This document shows positions 47,970 to 60,607 of a DNA stretch of 64,000 nucleotides, one piece after another. The stretch covers positions 2,241,666 to 2,305,665 of the forward strand of contig NW_003526943.1 in NCBI RefSeq assembly GCF_000181795.1. Reading direction: 5' to 3'. The stretch is from Trichinella spiralis. Its lineage: Eukaryota. The notes beneath the pieces were generated by a model. The model searched no databases. It was not told the DNA's origin and was given only the letters and a program-made list of their open reading frames with translations. Position 1 is the first letter of the stretch. Every line of letters begins with the position of its first letter. Position numbers and translations under genes: made by a program.

Positions 47970-50900
47970 ATGGAAACTGATGAAAAAGTGCAAAAGTATG
48001 CTGTTTTCGATTCAATTTCTTTTTGTAAGTAATAATTGTTTTATTCATCAGCTCACCTGAACGTATTATCCAAAATGCAAAGATCGGTGATGTACTAGAT
48101 GATTCGTTTGACGAAAATGATCCTTTCATTTTTGAAATGATCGAAGCAGCTTCGACCGTTGCCACGTCATCAGGGAATACTGAATGTGGTGCTACAGGCA
48201 AAGTGGCTCTCGATTCTTCTTTTATTGGTGCATCGCAAATCAAAAGAAAATTGCCAAGTTGCGGAAGTGTGGAGTTTCATTCTGAATCTTCGGAAAACAA
48301 AAAAATCCGAAATATCTCTCCTGTGGAGGAATTGTTTTCCGATTCCAAAAATTCAGAAGACCTCTCATTTTCGCGCTGCATTACGATGGACAATTATCAG
48401 ATTGTTGCGAATGTTCATAATGAAGAAAAATCATTAGCATGTAAAACGTTGTCAGGTTTCAAGTCTGCTTCGGGAAAAGATTGTTTTGTCAGTTTGAAAG
48501 CTTTGGAAAAGGCTGAACATTTTTTCGACGCCCAAGACAGTCGTTTCATCGGGGTGGGAGAAGTGCCGTCTGGCTGCAACAAAACTTCAGACTTTCCTTC
48601 AACAGAAGAAGGTTGTACAGTGCCTGAAGTTGTGAATTTGAGTGTTACATCAGCAGAAACAGAAAACGAGATTTGCGGATTTAGCACAGCTGCTGGAAAG
48701 CGTTGTACAGTGAATTCAGCTTCACTAGCCAAAGCGAAGGAACTTTTCAATAGCGCTTTAGCTGAAATTTCCTTGGGTTCAAGTGTTGCTTCAGCAGCTT
48801 TGAAAGATCCTGTTGAAAACGATGATGACCAGCTGAATACAGTGAAATCCATTTCGAGTATATCTGAGATTGTTGAGGAAAACATTGAAACGGAACACAG
48901 CCTCCCAGGATTTGTCGGTTTCTCTACGGCGAGTGGGAAAAAATGCTCCTATTCTTCTGAAGCTTTGGAAAAAGCGAGGAAACTGCTCAGCAGTGTTGAC
49001 CCGGACGAATCCATTCCATTTTCAGAAAGCGTCAGTCAGTCATGCGTGGAATCTACAAGTTCCACCGACAAGATGCTTCTAAGTAGTTCGCCTTCTGTTG
49101 ATACAAACATGATGAAAATTAGTGGAATGGCTGTTCCAAAATCCGAATCATCTTTTGCCAAATCTGTTACAGGAGAGAAAAAATATATCCCAATTCGATC
49201 TGCATCTTCAATGACCAAATTCAAGCCTCACTGGAATAATGAAAAGAAGATAAAATTGTTCGACGTATGCCAAACCCCATCGCCCAGCGGTCTGTCGTCC
49301 AGATGGCGTGCTGGGCGATCATCTACGGTGATGCGCGACACACCGTGCACCAGACCGTATGTTCAAATTTTTCCACGCGGAAAATTGAACCGGCGATTTT
49401 TATACAGAACTGTTCAGTCAGAGTTGGAAAATTTGGAAGTCAAGCACATTGACGCGGCTGATGAATCTGATTCAGCTTCTTCGAAAAGCAGCTCGACAAA
49501 GTTGAATCAAATGACCATACAGCCGTCACGAACAACTTACGCAGGCGGTGGGAAGCTGTTCAAATTGTGGAAATCGAAATCGAAAATACCAGATTATTCA
49601 AAATTTCGTCCAAAGCTAAAACCACAGTCGTGTTTAAGCGAAGACGAGGTGATAGCAGTGACAACTGTTGTTTTGTATTTTTTAAATAGTACTGTATAAT
49701 TTGATTTTCATGTGTGTAAAGCTGTTGGCTATGGGTGTGCGAGAATCGACGTTACGGGTGACCAGAAAAACAGCAAGTGAATTCTATTTTACTGCAGATT
49801 ATGTAAATTCTGAGCCAAACAGTGAAATTATTGTCGCTGACGATGTAATTGTCAAGGTGGACCATCAGGGAGGAATATCTATGGACGAAATCATTAAGTA
49901 TATTACACTTTGCAGATAAATTGAACGAAAAATGTTGTCTTGTGCAACATATTTTATATAAATAATATATTTTATTGATTGCAGTGCTGATTGGTATGTT
50001 TTCAGGGGTTTTTGTGGTTCATCTGATGTTGACAACAAGCTGCTAAATGACGACTGGATTCGCAATCATTTGCAGTGGATTGTTCTTAAATTGGCTTCGT
50101 TGGAGGTGCAATTTCCGACATGTTTAGCTGCAAGGTGCTCGTATAGATTTTATTAAAATTTTCGTTCAACTTGTTGTTGTTGTTGTTGTTGTTGAATAAG
50201 GTGCTTGAACGTGGACAACGTGTTGCTTCAACTACGCTACAGATATGACAGGGAGTTGGAACATGCGCAGCGACCACTTTTGAGAAAGATTCTGAACCGT
50301 GATTACCCGGCAACGGCGCCTATGATTCTTCGAGTTGTGGAATTTGAAAATATGGACGAAGAAGTGAGTAAATTGCTTCATCGCATAAATACGTTCAGTT
50401 TGCCTTTTTTTCAGTGCATTACAGTCGAACTGACGGACGGTTGGTATGGAATCAACGCCAAGTTGGACGCTTGTCTTTCTGACTTGGCCAAGAGTGGTCG
50501 TATACAAGTGGGAATGAAGCTGTTTATCATAAATGCAACGTTGCACGGTGCTGAAGGTGGTTGTGAACCGCTTGAAGTAAGTTTATTATTTTTCGTTATT
50601 CATGTTTATTTGTGGATTACACGTTTTCAGGCACCCTGTAACGTTCGATTGGCGTTGACGATAAATGGTGTACGTAGAGCTCGTTGGTGGGCCCGTCTCG
50701 GCTATTTGCGAATTACAAAAACCCCAGCATTTCCGATATCCAGCCTTCGCGAAGGTAAAGTAGTCGCGGTGAAAGTGATTCTTTGCAGAAAATATCCACC
50801 AGTTGTAAGCTAAATGTTTGTTTTTTCTGATGTTGTTTATTTATTTATTTCCAATACAGTACTTGGAAAAATATGCTGACGGTCGTTCAGTGATGCGCAA

Positions 50901-52532
50901 TGAGCGTTGTGAAGAGCAAATATCGTTGCGTTTTGCTGAAGAGGTGGATCATTTGATGGAGAAGATGTTGGAACGAGTGGTGAATGATGCCTGTGAATTT
51001 GACGTAGACAGCAAAGGAGGAGGTATAGTGGAGGAAAGTGCAATACGTATATACATTCCACAGATTTGTGTTCATCGATTGATTCTGCTCGATTAGGTTC
51101 ATTTTTGTCGGCAACTTCTTCTTTGGAGGAAATTTACAACGAAGATGATGCGGAGCAGCTTTTGCATTTGTACAACAAGTGCCCTGATCCGGAACGCTTC
51201 CAGGTACGTTTGCACTTCTGTTTCCAGTTTGTTGAATTGTTGTTTATTTACCCGTATGCATTATTTGTTTGCAATGTTGTTGTTCCTTTTCCTGTAGAAT
51301 ATGATTACATCATCTCAGTTGAATAGCATCTTAAAATACAAAAATAGACTTGACGAGAAACGAGCGGAAAAACTGCGTGAAATGTTGGAACGGGACATGG
51401 CTAATTTGAAAGCCAGACAGCAGTTGCGTACTGTAGTACCGATTCTTAAATTGAGAATTTCAGATTTTGATGCGCTGAAACGTGGAAAAAGTATATTACA
51501 AAAAACCCATTAGATGTTGCTGGTATTAAAATTTTACTTTGTTTTTCAAGGTTACATTTTGAATATATGGCGTCCAGATGTTGATGAATTGGATGCACGG
51601 CTGCGAGAAGGGGATGCTTACAGTTTGTACCAGTTGCATGCAACTTTGTCAAGGTTTTTGTTTAATATGTTGAATATGAGCTTTAATCAGTGTTTATTTT
51701 TTAACAGAAGTGCCAGCGGTGAAATTGAATTGAACTCCGAGAAGAGTACTCGTATTGTAGAATTGAATATTCGATTAGCATGTGAACAAACTTTGATTGG
51801 AGAAAAATTTCAACACCGATCGGTGACATTGTTGGGCGATTTACAACGGTCAGATTTTCAAGCTGCATACGATGAAGTGGACATTGTCGGCTTTGTGATT
51901 GACATTGCTTCCGCTACTGAGTATCATGTTTATGAATTCACTGGTTGTGTGCTGGTTATATATTTAAACTTGGTTTAATTTTTTAGTGTCGACACTGTTT
52001 ACTTGGGTGATCAGGAGATGAACATTGTCGCTTTGAAAATTCCCGGTGGTCTTCAAGTATAAAACTTCTCTACAGGGATTAATTTAATTTAATTTAATTT
52101 AATTTATTATAATGCGAGTGAATTTAGAATTTCGGTTGGGAAAAAGTTCTGAGTGTTGGAAATTTCATCGCATGCCAAAATTTGCACTACAAACGCTTGT
52201 CAAAAGCACGTATTCCTCAATTATGCGCTACAATTGTCACTGTGATAAAAGAAAATCCAAAACAGTCGAATTTGAGTTGTAGCTTGACAAGTTTAAAAGC
52301 AGAAGTTTCGGTTAGCTGAAATTTATTTCTATTGTACCTTCACATATATAAAAATATATATAACTGGACATTTTTTAAGAAACGGCCTGAATTTTTGAAC
52401 GAAGCACGTTCTGCTTTTAAAGCGTTACTACGCGGCTCGTCAACTCGTACTTCTCTGAACACTTCCGCTTCTTCTCTTCATTTGCATTCCAGTCCGTCTG
52501 TGAATCAGCAATTCAAATCACCGGTAGTTTAA
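47970..52532 (+). CDS. BRCA2: BRCA2 homolog: three BRC repeats, helical domain, OB1, OB2 with tower, OB3; multi-exon
   Basis: BRC repeats FKSASGKDCFVSLKALEKAEHFF (48458), FSTAAGKRCTVNSASLAKAKELF (48680) and FSTASGKKCSYSSEALEKARKLL (48920). DNA-binding domain motifs WIRNHLQWIVLKLAS, NVLLQLRYRYDRE, VELTDGWYGI, INGVRRARWWARLG, RTVVPILKLRISD and EVDIVGFV. The ATG at 47970 is inferred via intron 47996-48051, so the start is less certain. Confidence 0.92.
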
Positions 52533-54510
52533 TTCAAAATGATAATTTTACATAATTTTCACGTTCTACTCTTGATCTCTGATTATTGTATCCTTTATAA
52601 TTGGAGGTTTTATTTTCACTTGTTTTTTAAAACAAATATTTAAATGAAGAAATGAAATTTTCCCCAGTGTGAATATGTGGACGAGTTGTCCATTATTCTG
52701 TATCATCGGAGAAGAAAAGATTATTCAAAATATTTCTGTTATTCTGAAAAAAAACAAGCAGATTAAAAACAATTCAGTTTTTAATTGAACACTCGAAAAG
52801 ATGCAGCAGATGTGATCAACCAAATCAAGAGGAATGTTTTCACTCGTGCCAAAAAGCTGATTTTCAACTTTTCAAAATATGTAAATCGATAAAAATCTAA
52901 AATACGAAAATTTGTCAGTGTTGTTGTAATTCTTTCTTTTTTTATCACATACCTGGAATTTTTAAAATCAAGCAGATTGTCATCAATAAATTAAAAGTTT
53001 TTTGCTTTAAATCAAGATATCTTTGTTATTGTTTGTTTCTACTAACTGAATAAAAACATAAACATCGAACAATGTTTATAGTCATTTGTTTAGTGAAAAA
53101 TCATTGTAGATATATAATACACGTTTAAAGACATTAAAATTTGAATAAACGATTTCAAAACAGAAGTTTACGGAATCGTATGCAGAATTGCATACTTGTA
53201 TTTTGTTAACAGTGTTGTAGTGAATTCAAAAATTATCACAATTTTAACAATGATGACTTTGTTTGTTGAACGTGTGCGCAGCTTTTGAAAACAAAATGAA
53301 TTTTACCTTTTAATAATTTTCAATCAAATTTATTATTTACCGATGAAATTAACCCCTTGCTGGCCGATGATACACTACACCCAATTATTTAGTTGAATTA
53401 TGAAAAGTCGGCGTGGTTGGTGGCAGTACAAAAAGCAGATAAAAATTTAAACGAACAGCAAAAGTTTCCAGTCCAACTGAGAAAGCCTAGCGCTGGTGGA
53501 AACTGTACTCGGCAGCCACGTAAAGCTGACAACAGGGCGGCGACCCATGCGTGTTCAAATTTAATCATAATCATAAATTAGTGTCAATCAACTGATGACG
53601 TAATTAACCGTTTTGAATAGTATACATATGAGACTTCAAAGTTGGAATAACAGGTTGGTTCAGATCTCTGTTTCGCCAGTCTTTGGAATTCTTATTTAAT
53701 CGATGCCGATGTACCCTTTATTTGGCTTATTTCAGAATTTGGCATTTTGCCAAGGTGCCGCCGCTTCGGACAAGCAAAAGTACAGTCTAATTATCACCAC
53801 CTGATTATCAATATTATTACGGTGGACAATTTCTTCGTAAAAAGTTAATTATTTTAAGAATTTATCCAGTTTAAATAGGAATCAAGTGAAGTGAATAAAT
53901 CAGCTTTCCAAATGTAAAAAGGGAAACGTGAACATCGTAATTGGTTTGATTAGAATAACATGATAAATTTTATACTAAATTTACCATTATTGATGGAAAA
54001 TGTGCGAAATCATTTTTCCATTCTGAATGGAATAAAATGAACAAAAATCACAGATCAGCTTTATTTATTTATTTGTTGATGATAACTTGTCAGATAGACT
54101 GTAATCATAACTGTCGGGGAGAAGAATGTTGTCGATAGAACTTCGACAAGAACGTACAGATAACTGTAATTTTATTCGGCCGAAGGTCAGATCGACAATA
54201 ATCACTTAATCGCACTCTGATTCTGAATGTCACACCAAAGCAAGATTTTATGGTGTAATTATTACGCACTTTATATTCAACGAAAGTGTACCAGCAGAAG
54301 AAACAAATATGAACGTGTGAAGATGACTAAGGATTAAATAATAGAAAAACACACACATTTAACAACCGCATGTGTATCACTGTCGCTACTCCAGCATCAC
54401 ACTCTAACCAACCAACCAACGACCTGCCGACCCCTGCCATGAAGTTCTGATCAGCAGGTTCCGTTTCGAATGGGAAACGTTCCTACGTGAATTTTAAAGC
54501 TGTTCACTTA

Positions 54511-55944
54511 TTATTCCTGAAATTGTGCAATGCACAAGCAAGCGTTTGTACCGCCGAAACCGAAAGAATTTTTCAAAGCAATCTTCCGCTGGTTGAGCGA
54601 CGGCGTTGCCCAGTGTTGAGCACGGTCTGATGGCGCGAGTTGAATTTCCGGAGCTTCGAGGTCGGTTTGATGGAGGTTCACATTGGGCGGCACTGAACCA
54701 TGAAAGCAGCTCAACACGGTGAACGCGGCCTCCACCGCCCCGGCGGCGCCGAGCAAGTGTCCAATTGAACCTTTGTTCGACGAAACAATAACCGGCAAAT
54801 TGTCACTAGCTGAACAAAAATCCTGTGGCATAAGTGAAGAAAACAAACAAACAAACAAACAAATAGCACCACGAAAAACATCTTGAATTGCTTGGAATTC
54901 CGCCCGATCGCCCAGCGGTGTGGAAGTGGCGTGCGCGTTGACGTACGAGATACGGTCACGAGGCACAGCGGAATCGTGCAACGCTTTGCGCATGCAGCTG
55001 GCGGCGCCGCTACCGTGAGGGCAAGGCGCGGCCAGATGAAGCCCGTCGCCAGACAAACCGTAGCCGAGCAGTTCGGCGTAGATGTGGGGCGCTCGGCGTT
55101 GGAGCGCGTGTTCGAGCCGTTCGAGCAGCAACATGCCGGCGCCTTCGCCGATCACGAACCCGTCACGCCGGCTGTCGAACGGTCGACTCGCCTCGGCCGG
55201 CCGGTCGTTGAAGCTCCGGCTCAGGGCTCCCATCCGACCGAAGCCGACCAGGCTCAACTTGCAGACCGGCGCCTCGGCACCGCCGACCAGCATCAGCTCG
55301 GCCTGGCGACGTTGAATCAGCGCCATACCGTCGATGATCGCGTGCAAGCCGGACGCGCAGGCGGTGCTCGGACAGTGGTTCGGACCCCGCAGACCGTAGC
55401 TGACGGACAACTGGCCGGCGGTCATGTTCGTCAACACGCGGGGAATGAAATACGGAGACAGCCTGTTGTCACGTTGTTGATCAATCAAGCAGCCTGCAAG
55501 CAAGCAATCAATCAACGGCAACCGCGAGAAGAAATAAATGCATAAATCAGAGCTTCTAGCTGACTTCCCACCTGCTTCGTGCACGTCCTCCATGTCAGAC
55601 ATGCCAACTCCCACGCAAACGCCGGTCTTCTCACGCTGCTCGTCGCTGACCGGCGTCCACTGGGCATCTGCCAGAGCTTCGCCGGCAGCCAGCATTGCGT
55701 AGGCGGTGGCTTTGGTCATCCGTCGCCACTGGCCATCGCTGAACTGCGATCGGTCGAACAATCCGGGTCCGACGCCGGCGGGAACCAGCGCCGCCACCCG
55801 CGACACGCATCCCCCGTACTTCTCGTCCACCAGTTCGACGGCGCCGATGCAGCCCTGCAACAACCGTCGCCAGCACAACTCCACGCCCACACCCAACGGT
55901 GTCACCAAGCCCAGTCCAGTGACCACTACACGAACCGAAGCCAT
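54511..55944 (-). CDS. OXSM: Beta-ketoacyl-ACP synthase (OXSM / FabF-type); introns 55571-55494 and 54869-54810
   Basis: RVVVTGLGLVTPLG, LSPYFIPRVLTNM, catalytic Cys in STACASG, His in NAHATSTPLGD and GHLLGAAG, SRPFDSRRDGFVIGEGAG, and NSFGFGGTNA. Confidence 0.93.
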   Translation of the reverse strand: MASVRVVVTGLGLVTPLGVGVELCWRRLLQGCIGAVELVDEKYGGCVSRVAALVPAGVGPGLFDRSQFSDGQWRRMTKATAYAMLAAGEALADAQWTPVSDEQREKTGVCVGVGMSDMEDVHEAGGKSARSSDLCIYFFSRLPLIDCLLAGCLIDQQRDNRLSPYFIPRVLTNMTAGQLSVSYGLRGPNHCPSTACASGLHAIIDGMALIQRRQAELMLVGGAEAPVCKLSLVGFGRMGALSRSFNDRPAEASRPFDSRRDGFVIGEGAGMLLLERLEHALQRRAPHIYAELLGYGLSGDGLHLAAPCPHGSGAASCMRKALHDSAVPRDRISYVNAHATSTPLGDRAEFQAIQDVFRGAICLFVCLFSSLMPQDFCSASDNLPVIVSSNKGSIGHLLGAAGAVEAAFTVLSCFHGSVPPNVNLHQTDLEAPEIQLAPSDRAQHWATPSLNQRKIALKNSFGFGGTNACLCIAQFQE

Positions 55945-56437
55945 ACGCCACCAGGTAGTGGAGCGAAACAGCACAAATCAAAAAGATTAAATTAAATTAA
56001 ACTAAAACGTACACACACAAGAATCGCTTCTGCTAACTGCTTGAACAATAACAGAAAAAACTTCAACTAAAGTAAATTTCTAGCCGTTCAATAAACTGGC
56101 ATTGTTTCAAACAACAACAACAGGCATGAAGAGGAAAATGATCACCAGGATGGGTTTTTTCTCTTTTATTCGAATAAATAAATAAAATGAATAAATAAAT
56201 TCACAGTTTACCGATCACGGCTATGACAGATCAAAGCACGCATACAGATACACAGAGAGAACGAGAAAGGGATGCGAGAAAACATTACTGGAATACAATG
56301 ACAGACAGACCGACAGACGAAGGAAAATGTTTGCATATAGCTGCATAGTTTGCATTACAATCATCACAATAAATAACCAAAAATGAGAATGTCAGTGGAA
56401 CAGTGAAGTAAGTGATGCTGTAGCCACATGTATTTAT

Positions 56438-59400
56438 TTATCGTATACCAGAGGAACGACTGTTGACCAAATCCGCGATAACATGCTCTTCAGACAGGGT
56501 GCTCAGGTCGCCGAAGCTGGTCGTGTTGCCGCCGGCCACATCGCGCAACACACGCCTCAAAATTTTCCCAGAACGCGTTTTTGGCAAACTTTCGGCTTGT
56601 TGGAACACTTCGGGTGTGGCCACCGGACCAATCTGATTGCGCACGGTCTGCTTGATGTCCAACACCAGTTCGGCGGTGAACGCGTAATCCTGAACATCCA
56701 AAAAAAAGCCAAATTTCGCGAAATAAAATATTAATTATTATATTATTTAAAAATCCAAAAACAACAACAATACCACCGACCTTCTTCAACGTGACGAAAC
56801 AGTACGGAATTTGACCTTTCACTGGATCCGGTGCACAAACCACGGCCGCTTCTGCAACCGCAGGGTGCGATACGACGGCGTTTTCAATTTCCGCACTCGA
56901 AAGCAAATGTCCGGACACGTTCATCATGTCATCAATACGACCGGTGATCCAATAATAACCATCTTCATCCCTGGTGCAGCCTTAAATTTGAAAATAATGG
57001 AAAAAAAACAAAATTAACGAAATATCTACCACGAAAGCTTGCTGGAAAAAAAGATTTGATTTGCAGAGAGAATTATTTATTATTAATAAAGTTCATTTTA
57101 TAAATATGTGGAATATTTTTCGGATGAAAATTTCGTTGGATATGATGATGGTGAAAAAAAGAAAAATTCACACTTACCATCACCGGTGCAAAAATAACCT
57201 GGAACGGCAAAGTAAGTGTCCACGTAGCGATCATGATTTCCATACAAAGAACGCGCAATACCTGGCCACGGCGCTGAGAAAGCCTGATTGAAAATTTTGT
57301 AAATTAATAAATAAATAAACAAAAAAAGCATTAAATGCTGACCAGTTGCCCTTCACCAGGTCCAACTATTTCTTGACCGTCGTGATTCAACAGAACTGGC
57401 TTGACGCCGAAAAATGGAAACGAAGCAGAGCCAGGCTTCATGTTCGTGCATCCCGGAAGCGGTGTCAAAACATGACCACCCTAGTGGAAAACAATTAAAC
57501 CGAATAAATAGATGGAAAATTTGCTGTCTCAAATTTATTGTTAAACTATCTACTTTTCAAAAATCATACCCATCAACAACAAACAAACTGTCAATTAACT
57601 AACCGTTTCCGTTTGCCAGTAGGTGTCGACAATGGCGCAACGGGATTTTCCCACCACTTTGTAATACCACTGCCAGACTTCGGGATTGATCGGCTCACCG
57701 ACACTGCCCAACACTTCAAGTCGATCCAGTCGACATCGTTCCACATAAGATGAACCAAATTTCATCAAATGTCTTATGGCAGTGGGAGCGGTGTAAAATT
57801 TGCTCACACCATATTTATCGACAACATCCCAATAACGACTAGGCTCTGGATAATATGGCACACCTTCGAACTGAAAAGTTTGAAATTGATCACTTGTTGT
57901 TCATTTTCGTCTATTTTTAAAAGAAAAACAAAATTTCACATTCCAAATAATAAACAACAAATACTGAAAAGCGCACAGACAACCGCCAATAAATTTCCGC
58001 TCACCATGACCACGGTTGAACCATTGGCCAGGGGACCGTACACTACGTAGCTGTGTCCAGTAATCCAGCCAATATCGGCCGTACAAAAGTAGACGTCATC
58101 GTCCTGATAGTCAAATACATATCGAAATGTCGTGTAAACATACAGCAAATAGCCAGCTTGCGTGTGAACAACCCCCTTCGGTACGCCAGTGGAACCGCTG
58201 CAAATATAAATTATACAAAAATTACAATATTTGCAAGTTGGAAATGGTTGAAACAAAACGACAACAACAACTACTACTACTACTACGTGCTATATTTGAA
58301 AAAAAAATATATATACATCAAATATGCATACCTCGTGTATAAAATAAACAATGGATCCTCACTGTCCATCCATTCGGATTCGCAGTTTTCATCGGCAGCA
58401 GACATCTCCTCGTCAAACCAACAATTCTGCACTTGCTAAAAATATGCAAATCAAAAACAATACAACTAAAAGAAAAGCACATTTATGCAGTAGAATTCTT
58501 TCAACTCTACCAGTTTGCTTTTGCAATCTTGTTGCGTTGAAGGAAAGCCGGTGTAATTGTCCGCCAAATGCCGCACAATAATTCGATGTTTCACGATTAC
58601 ATTTCTTTGAAAATGCAAAACAAAAAGAAAAAAAATTACTAAACTTCACCTTTTGTTTGAATTTTGAAAAATTCTTATTTGCATAAGTATATATAATTTG
58701 TTTCAATTGTGATGTGAAATTTTCATTTCTTTCTTTCGTATTTGTTCGTTAAAATGGACAATGGAAAGTCACCTCAATTATCCAATCAATTAATTGACTG
58801 ACTCCAAATTATTAATTTTAACAATTTCAATTTTCAACTGTCAAAAGAGGACCACTTTATCCGCATTGCGATTCAACAATGAATGAAGCACATTAATGAA
58901 GCGAAAGCGACAATCAAAACAACAAATGTGCTCGCATATCTGCGAAATAAATATTGCTGCTTATCTCACAAATCAAAATAGCTGCTTTTCAAGTGAGTAG
59001 GATTTTAGTTTTTCATAAAGTTTACGACAACATATTTACTCATGCCGATAAATTGTCCACAGTTATTGATTAAATTGATCTGATCAATAAAACTCTCCAT
59101 AATTCAATTCATTCTACTAAAATTTCAATATAATTGAGATTTATTTATGCACGTAAAGTATATCGTTCATTGACTGTGGCAATATGAATTTCAGTTTCAG
59201 CTTCATCCATTCATTCATCTCAACCAACTTTGGAAAAAGTGAAATTATAAAAATTATAATTTTACGCATATCATGGAACATCGCAGTGAATTGAAAGTAA
59301 ATTATTGTCATTCTAGTTCAAATCTTTCTCCCAGGCGACAATGAGAACTTTCACGATCGATTACTTACTTCTACATCTTCATTAAATTGCCCATTCTCGA

Positions 59401-60607
59401 AAACAACATTCTGTTTTTCACTAATTCTACCACCATTTTCGACATTACCCAATGTTTACAGAAAATCCTTTTCATATGGAACATTTTCAAAACCTCATAA
59501 TGAAAAATAATAACCAAACCTCACATGGCGATATCTGTCTAATTGGTGATTCATCTGTAACTGATTTTGAATGTTCTGTTCAACAGACCAGCTCAAAGTT
59601 TGCAACTCTATTTCACATGCCAACTTTATTGTGCACAAATTATTGTTAAATTGTGATTCATGGAACAAATGTTAAAAACCAGTAACAACAACAACAACAA
59701 CAAACAAACATACATACCTCTTTTCACATATAGAAATAGCTTGATCAGTGATCTGTTTCAAAAGAATCGGTTTCTTGCCCCTGTAGCTGCCGTCAGCGGT
59801 AATCACAACTTCCGCCTTTGCATCAACAATTCGTTGAGCAAGAGCTTGGGCTGAATATCCGCCAAACTAAATATGAAAAATAACAATTAGCAACTTTAGA
59901 AAAAAATTTTTCAAGCCAAAATAATAAGAATACCACTGTAGAGTGGACAGCGCCAATTCTTGCACAAGCCAACATTGCAATGGGTAATTCCAATATCATC
60001 GGCAAATAAATAATCACTCGGTCGCCCTTCTTCACACCTGAAGTAATTTTTTCAAAAATTCGATCACCTCATTTCAACTATTTCAAAACAAAATCCAAAC
60101 CTTTCCGCTTCAAAACATTTGCAAATTTGCAAACCAATTTCAACAATTCTCTGTAAGTCAGCTTCATGCTAACACCGGGCTCATTGCCTTCCCTGAAATT
60201 ATTGCAAAAATGGTAAAAACCAATTCTCTTCTACAATCGAGCAATGACGCTTGTTACCAGTAAAATGCAACTTTGTCGCCAAGCTGTCTAGAAATATTTC
60301 GATCCAAACAATTGTAACAAACGTTCAACGACGCGTTCGGCATCCAGCGCACATAAACGGGTCCTTTTCGACGGTCAAAATTGTAGTCCAGAAAACATCC
60401 CGTCTCCCATTTTTTGAAAAAGGTGAGCTCATTGGCAAAAGATGTCCAAAATGCTTCCGGATCCTTCACCGACTGTGAGTACATTTCCAAATAGTTGGAA
60501 AAAGAACTACAATGGGCTTTTTCACTCAAATGCGGTGGCGGCAAAATTGCCTGCTCGTCCTCTTCAGAGTCAATTGAAAATGTCGCCATACGAACGTTGT
60601 CTGACAT
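56438..60607 (-). CDS. Acetyl-CoA synthetase (ACSS2-like AMP-binding enzyme), about 12 exons
   Basis: [104 protein letters not shown] and [15 protein letters not shown]. The start codon (MSDNVRM at 60607) is uncertain. Confidence 0.93.

Noticed and set aside
53345..54260. Moderately GC-rich patches suggesting an ncRNA, a piggyBac end (TTAACCCC) or a small Cys-rich spliced gene
   Set aside because: No recognisable RNA-family motifs, no partner TIR, and no exon chain with a consistent phase and start codon.
54511..55974. Horizontal transfer of bacterial fabF, and the long antisense ORFs at 54883-55995
   Set aside because: Spliceosomal introns and OXSM-type motifs indicate a eukaryotic gene. 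The antisense ORFs are an expected by-product of high GC.
58610..59717. Alternative exon in the long acetyl-CoA synthetase intron
   Set aside because: The flanking exons join in phase directly, and the candidate internal exons I tried hit stops in the required frame.
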